64,000 bases of DNA, from the NCBI GenBank assembly GCA_963796285.1, contig CAWCKW010000006.1, positions 96,001 to 160,000 on the forward strand, in the 5' to 3' direction. Shown here piece by piece: positions 57,445 through 64,000 of this stretch. The notes under the pieces are model-generated. The model was not told where the DNA came from. It saw only the letters and a program-made list of their open reading frames with translations, and made no database searches. A program made the translations under genes and the position numbers. This DNA is from Nitrospirota bacterium. GTDB lineage: Bacteria > Nitrospirota > UBA9217. How positions within the stretch are numbered: the first letter of the stretch is position 1; each line of letters starts with the position of its first letter.

Positions 57445-59229
57445 GTGTTCTCCGAAGATATCATAAGCCGGGTCAGGGACAGCATCGACATCGTTGATCT
57501 AATATCCGGATATGTGTCCCTCAAGAAAACGGGCAAGAACCACCTCGGCCTCTGCCCCTTTCATTCTGAGAAGACGCCGTCGTTCAACGTGAACCCGGAA
57601 AAACAGATCTTCCATTGTTTCGGGTGTGGTGTGGGCGGGGACGTGTTCAAGTTTCTCGAGTTGCAGGAGGGGCTGAACTTTCCCGAAGCAGTGAAGCAGT
57701 TGGCGGCCAGGGGGGGGATACCGCTTCCCGCTGACAGTGTGTCGCGCAAAGAGGACAAGAGGACGGAAGATGAGCGCAAAGCCCTCCTCACGATCATCGC
57801 TGATGCAGCGGGCTACTTCCGGCAAGAGCTCGAAGGACCCGCTGGCAGTGCGGCCCGGGCCTATTTGAATAAAAGAGGCGTGACCGACCAGGTTGTACAG
57901 GATTTTGCGCTCGGTTTTGCCAGGCCCGAGTGGGACGGATTGCTCAGGCATCTCAAGCAGAAGGGATACGCTTTCAGCCAGATGGAGAAGGCCGGGCTCA
58001 TCGTTAAGCGCAGCGAGGCCGAGGGTTACTACGACCGGTTCCGGGGCAGGATCATCTTCCCGATCCGCGATATCTCCGGGAACGTGATCGCCTTCGGCGG
58101 CCGGGTGATGGATGACTCACTTCCCAAGTATCTGAACTCTCCGGAGACGCCGCTGTACAGCAAGAGCAACGTTCTCTATTGCCTGGACAAGGCAAAAGAG
58201 CCGGCTCGGAAGCAGAAATATTTTATCATCGTCGAGGGATATCTCGATGCGATCGCGTGCCATCAATACGGGGCGCAGAACACGGTGGCCACGCTCGGCA
58301 CGGCGCTCACCGAGGGGCATCTTCGGCTTATGCGGCGTTTCGCTCAGAACCTCGTGCTTATCTTCGACCCTGATCCGGCGGGGGTGAAGGCAGCCATGCG
58401 GGGCCTCGACCTGTTCGTGTCGAGCGGATTGAAAGTGAATGTCGTCTCGCTTCCCGACAACGACGACCCTGACACGTTCCTGAAGAAGAACGGCTACGAG
58501 GCGTTCGCCGCCTGTCTCAGGAAGTCCGAGAAGTTCATGGACTTTGTGCTCGGCCAGGTGGTGAAGGGAGGTCAGGCGACCTCGATCGACGAGAAGGTGG
58601 AAAAGGCTGGCGAGATGCTCGGATACATCGCCAGGCTTCCGAGCGGCATCGAGCGCGATTACTATCTAAAACGGACTGCGGAGGCGCTGGACCTGGACGA
58701 GGGTGTACTGAGGCAGGAGATGCCAAGGCCGCCAAAGGGCCCTTCCCATCACCCGGCGGAAAATAAAGTCCCTGCAACACACCGGGGGCACAAGCCCAAG
58801 GCCGAAGAGACGCTGATCCATTTGATGCTCAAGGATGCGGCAATCGCTCTCGGCTTGAGGGACCAGGTGAAGCCCGAGGATTTTACCGACCCCCTGTTCC
58901 AGCGCGCGGCGAAGCTCATTTTTGATTCACTCGATGATCAGGGCAGGCTTGATGCCGGTGCATTGCTCCGGGATGGAGACGAGGAGATAAAAAATCTGAT
59001 TTCCCATTATTCCGTGCTCGAAATGGTGTATGATGATCAGGCAAAATCATGCAGCGATTGCATTGATTTGATAAAACAGAAGGACCCGGAAAAAAAGATG
59101 AAGTTGTTGCCGAAGGCGATCGAGGAAGCAGCGGCCAATGAAGACTGGGCGGAACATCGCCGGTTGCTTGAGGAGCAGAACCTGTTAAGCCGAAGAACAG
59201 GCAGAAAGATCCCCGGATTGGGCAGTTAA
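57445..59229 (+). CDS. dnaG: DNA primase
   Basis: CPFHSEKTPSF, FGGR, KYLNSPET, EGYLD. Confidence 0.97.
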   Translation: MFSEDIISRVRDSIDIVDLISGYVSLKKTGKNHLGLCPFHSEKTPSFNVNPEKQIFHCFGCGVGGDVFKFLELQEGLNFPEAVKQLAARGGIPLPADSVSRKEDKRTEDERKALLTIIADAAGYFRQELEGPAGSAARAYLNKRGVTDQVVQDFALGFARPEWDGLLRHLKQKGYAFSQMEKAGLIVKRSEAEGYYDRFRGRIIFPIRDISGNVIAFGGRVMDDSLPKYLNSPETPLYSKSNVLYCLDKAKEPARKQKYFIIVEGYLDAIACHQYGAQNTVATLGTALTEGHLRLMRRFAQNLVLIFDPDPAGVKAAMRGLDLFVSSGLKVNVVSLPDNDDPDTFLKKNGYEAFAACLRKSEKFMDFVLGQVVKGGQATSIDEKVEKAGEMLGYIARLPSGIERDYYLKRTAEALDLDEGVLRQEMPRPPKGPSHHPAENKVPATHRGHKPKAEETLIHLMLKDAAIALGLRDQVKPEDFTDPLFQRAAKLIFDSLDDQGRLDAGALLRDGDEEIKNLISHYSVLEMVYDDQAKSCSDCIDLIKQKDPEKKMKLLPKAIEEAAANEDWAEHRRLLEEQNLLSRRTGRKIPGLGS

Positions 59230-59305
59230 TCAATAGCGCGTTGCGCACGGCATTGAATTCATGAGCGCGGACTGGTGAACATTTAACACAAAGGAGCATC
59301 ACAGT

Positions 59306-61108
<1,803 letters not shown>

Positions 61109-61273
61109 ACAAACCCGGACGCGCCATCCTTGACATTTGTCACGGGTTGTGTCAATATACGCATTCGTCGCGCGGAAGATATCCAATATCAAACAGTAGA
61201 TCTCGAACAAATTGTAATTACCAATGAGTATCGTTGGTGTTTGGGGTTTGAATTTTAAATTTGCAGTAGAGCA

Positions 61274-61349
61274 GGGCCCATAGCTCAGCTGGTAGAGCTA
61301 CCGGCTCATAACCGGTTGGTCCCAGGTTCGAGCCCTGGTGGGCCCACCA
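61274..61349 (+). tRNA. tRNA-Ile2(CAT) (CAT anticodon; Met not excluded)
   Basis: Cloverleaf; GGGCCCA acceptor stem; position after rpoD. Confidence 0.88.
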
Positions 61350-61492
61350 ACCTATCCGTCTGTCCGAATTGAGAGGAATGCCTCAGATGACTGGTATTGT
61401 AAGGCTTCGTATCAAGACGCCGTTGACAACACGCAGAACGTACGGAAAAATCATTAATATGCGCCCATAGGCGCATTTTTTATTTTGGAGGA

Positions 61493-62221
61493 GTGATGGA
61501 CCAACAGCTTAACTTGCTTATTCAGCTTCAGGAAATTGACGGAAAACTTCGCGCTCTCGTCGAAGAGAAAAAAAGGCTGCCCGAGATCCTCGCGGAGTTC
61601 GAGCGAAGGCGTGCGGCAAACAAAGCGAACCTGGAACAGGTCAAGGAAACCCTTCAACTCGCGCAGAAAAACAAGCGGGACCGTGACCAGGACCTTGAGG
61701 TTGAGGTCCAGAAAGTCGGGAAGCTCAAGGCGCACACGTCAGAGATCAAGAACAATAAGGAATACCAGGCGCTGCTCAAGGAGATCGAGGCCGCGGAGCA
61801 GGCAAACAAGGCCATCGAAGACGACATCCTCAGTCTCATGGAGAAGATCGATGCCGCCTCCGCCGGCATCGTTGCAGCGGAAAAACATGCACAGCAAGAA
61901 GAAGAGGCGCTCCAGAACGAGCAGAATAAGATCGAAGCTGAATTTGCGAAAACGGAGACGGATTTGAAGGCCATTGAACAGGCGCGTCAGGACTTCGTCG
62001 TGCGCATCCAGCCGGTTGTGTATGCCAGGTATCAAAAATTGATCGGCACCAAGGCGGGCGTTGCCATTGCCGAGGCGCGCGGTGAATCCTGCTCCGGCTG
62101 CTACATGAGCATCCCGCCCCAGGTGTTCGTGAACGTCAAGAAGAACGAGAACATCATCACCTGTCCGAACTGCGGCCGCATCTTATATTTTAAAGAAACG
62201 ATCGTGCAAAAAGACACCTAA
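61493..62221 (+). CDS. Coiled-coil C4-type zinc ribbon protein (DUF164-like)
   Basis: CSGCYMSIPPQ...CPNCGRIL. Confidence 0.9.
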   Translation: MMDQQLNLLIQLQEIDGKLRALVEEKKRLPEILAEFERRRAANKANLEQVKETLQLAQKNKRDRDQDLEVEVQKVGKLKAHTSEIKNNKEYQALLKEIEAAEQANKAIEDDILSLMEKIDAASAGIVAAEKHAQQEEEALQNEQNKIEAEFAKTETDLKAIEQARQDFVVRIQPVVYARYQKLIGTKAGVAIAEARGESCSGCYMSIPPQVFVNVKKNENIITCPNCGRILYFKETIVQKDT

Positions 62222-62331
62222 CCATGTTTACAATCCATAACATATGCCGATCAACCGCTCTTATCCGTTTTAAAAGATATTGTCCCGGCTGTTCTTAAGC
62301 TCTAGCTCGCCCGGTTTAATAAGGATCATTC

Positions 62332-62757
62332 GTGCATAAAACAGGTGTAGGAGAACTCACTGTCTTCAGCGACGGCGCATCGCGCAACAATCCCGGCGAG
62401 GCCGGGGCGGGCGTGTTCATCATGCGGAACGGCAAGCCTCTGGAAAGGATCGCGCGGTATCTGGGGATGACGACTAACAACATCGCCGAATATACCGCCG
62501 CGATCATCGGGCTTGGAGCGGGCCGTCCAGCTCGGCGCGTCGAGCGTCAAGCTGTTCGCGAACTCTGAGCTGCTCGTCAAGCAGATCAACGGCCTCTACA
62601 AAGTGAAGAATGAAGGACTGAAACCGCTCGCATGCCAGGGCCAAGGAACTGATTGCAAAGATCGGCAGCGTTGAGGTACAATACCGTCCCTAGGGCAATG
62701 AACAAGGAAGCGGACGCCCTGGCGAATAAGGCGATAGATGAGAAAATTGGAAATTGA
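62332..62757 (+). CDS. Ribonuclease HI family; three +1 indels (~62515, 62630, 62685)
   Basis: DGASRNNPG, TNNIAEY, SELLVKQING, NKEADALAN across frames. Confidence 0.78.
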
Positions 62758-62846
62758 AGTCGGAAATTAAAAATGCAAATTGGTTTGAAGGAGAACTTTA
62801 AATTCGAAATTTCCAATCTTCAATCACCAATTTTCAATTGATCTTT

Positions 62847-63229
62847 GAATCAGAGCGGGTGAGGTGATCGCTCTCCGGCAACGGGGGGAGGAAAGTCCGA
62901 GCTCCGCAGGGCAAGGCGGTCCCGAAACGGGACAGGGGGCGACCCCATGGACAGTGCCACAGAAAAGAAGACCGCCCCGTACAGGGGTAAGGGTGAAACG
63001 GTGGGGTAAGAGCCCACCAGGCCCGGCAGCAATGCCGGGTGCTTGGAAAACCCCGCCTGGAGCAAGACCACATAGGGAAGCGTCTCCCGAGCAATCGGGA
63101 GTAAGGACGGCCCGTCCGAGACTTCCGGGTAGGTCGCTCGTGCCTTCGAGCAATCGAGGGCCCAGATAAATGACCACCACTCCCGGGCAACCGGGAGGAC
63201 AGAACTCGGCTTACGACCCGCTCTGATTT
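62847..63229 (+). ncRNA. rnpB: RNase P RNA (class A)
   Basis: GAGGAAAGTCCGAGCTCC ... ACAGAACTCGGCTTAC; terminal P1 helix. Confidence 0.97.
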
Positions 63230-63237
63230 TTTTACCA

Positions 63238-63269
63238 GCCCATGCTGATGATTCGGCATGGGCTTTTTT
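63238..63269 (+). terminator. Terminator after rnpB
   Basis: GCCCATGC..GCATGGGC + T-run. Confidence 0.75.
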
Positions 63270-63466
63270 GTTCGCCTGAACCTCTTTGAATATTCCTTCC
63301 GTATTATAGTTCGCCAGTTCCAAGAAATCCCGCCTTCGTATGCTCATCAAAGACACGCGTTGTTTAAACGAGTCGGTGACAAATTGTAAACGGCTGCACC
63401 GGAAGCCGCCGCCGTGTCGGCGCCTACGCACAAAATTGCCCGCTCACAACAGTGCACAAAAACAGC

Positions 63467-63495
63467 TTGACACGTGTAACCGTAAGGGTTACACT
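63467..63495 (+). promoter_or_regulatory. higBA promoter with palindromic operator
   Basis: TTGACA-N17-TACACT overlapped by GTGTAACC-N5-GGTTACAC. Confidence 0.8.
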
Positions 63496-63503
63496 ATGGA
63501 TAG

Positions 63504-63797
63504 ATGATCAAGACCTTCGCCCATAAGGGACTTGAAGACTTCTTTTTCGACGGCACGAAGAAGGGAATTCAGGCGGTTCACGCGCAGAAGCTTTCGGACA
63601 TTCTGGACAGACTGGATGCCTTGCACATCGTGGAGGACATGAGATACCTCGGCTCAGACCTGCATCAGTTGAAAGGCGCGCTGAAGGGCTTCTGGGCGGC
63701 AAAGGTTTCCGGAAACTGGCGCGTTGTTTTCACCTTCAAAGAAGGCAACGCCTACCAGGTGAACTATCTCGATTATCATAGAGAGGTGAGAACATGA
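63504..63797 (+). CDS. higB: HigB (RelE-like) toxin
   Basis: MIKTFAHKGL, LHQLKG, VSGNWRVVF, YLDYH. Confidence 0.92.
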   Translation: MIKTFAHKGLEDFFFDGTKKGIQAVHAQKLSDILDRLDALHIVEDMRYLGSDLHQLKGALKGFWAAKVSGNWRVVFTFKEGNAYQVNYLDYHREVRT

Positions 63798-64000
63798 GAA
63801 CTGGAAAAAGAACACCCACCCATCCGGGCGGCATTTTGAAAAGGCAGTACATGGAACCTTTGTCTCTGACGGTTTCCGAGCTCGCCGGGACCCTCGGCGT
63901 GTCCCGAAAGACCTTGTCGAAAATCGTGAACGAACGCGGCGATGTGACCCCTGACATGGCGCTGCGTCTCTCCAAGGCGTTTAACACGACCCCGGAACTG
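63794..64000 (+). CDS. higA: HigA antitoxin, 3' truncated by window edge
   Basis: PTHPGGIL, HTH, DMALRLSKAFNTTPEL. Confidence 0.92.
   Translation, partial: MRTGKRTPTHPGGILKRQYMEPLSLTVSELAGTLGVSRKTLSKIVNERGDVTPDMALRLSKAFNTTPEL

Noticed and set aside
62332-62757. RNase HI as a true pseudogene
   Set aside because: The indel pattern matches suspected sequencing errors elsewhere; reads are needed.
62824-63431. Several ORFs over rnpB
   Set aside because: Fully explained by RNase P RNA.

Overview
Bacterial chromosome segment around the replication origin. Gene content (mglAB, four-subunit POR, sigma54 promoters) suggests a Nitrospirota/Desulfobacterota-like anaerobe; this is inference. Core loci: yidC-yidD-rnpA-rpmH, dnaA-dnaN-gyrB-gyrA, serS with all four tRNA-Ser, tadA, ffs-dnaX-ybaB-recR, porCDAB, mglBA, rpsB-tsf-pyrH-frr, rplM-rpsI-argC-argJ, rpsU-yqeY-mutS2-dnaG-rpoD, rnpB, higBA. 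The most notable feature is a ~5.3 kb element integrated at the 3' end of tRNA-Asn. It encodes a large serine recombinase, a Rep_trans-type rolling-circle initiator with a nick-site hairpin, and an RHH regulator. It also carries an attI-like site, a cassette-facing promoter and two integron cassettes with textbook attC sites, but no integron integrase. Its recombinase should change C-terminus on excision. Other highlights: an archaeal-type coenzyme M precursor cluster (cysteate synthase plus fused ComDE) beside HdrED-like genes; an oriC unwinding module with DnaA-trios lying four genes away from dnaA; and a 648-bp inverted duplication of a sigma54-driven two-gene membrane cassette. Single-base indels near both window ends look like sequencing errors. 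All calls come from reading the sequence; no database searches were run.
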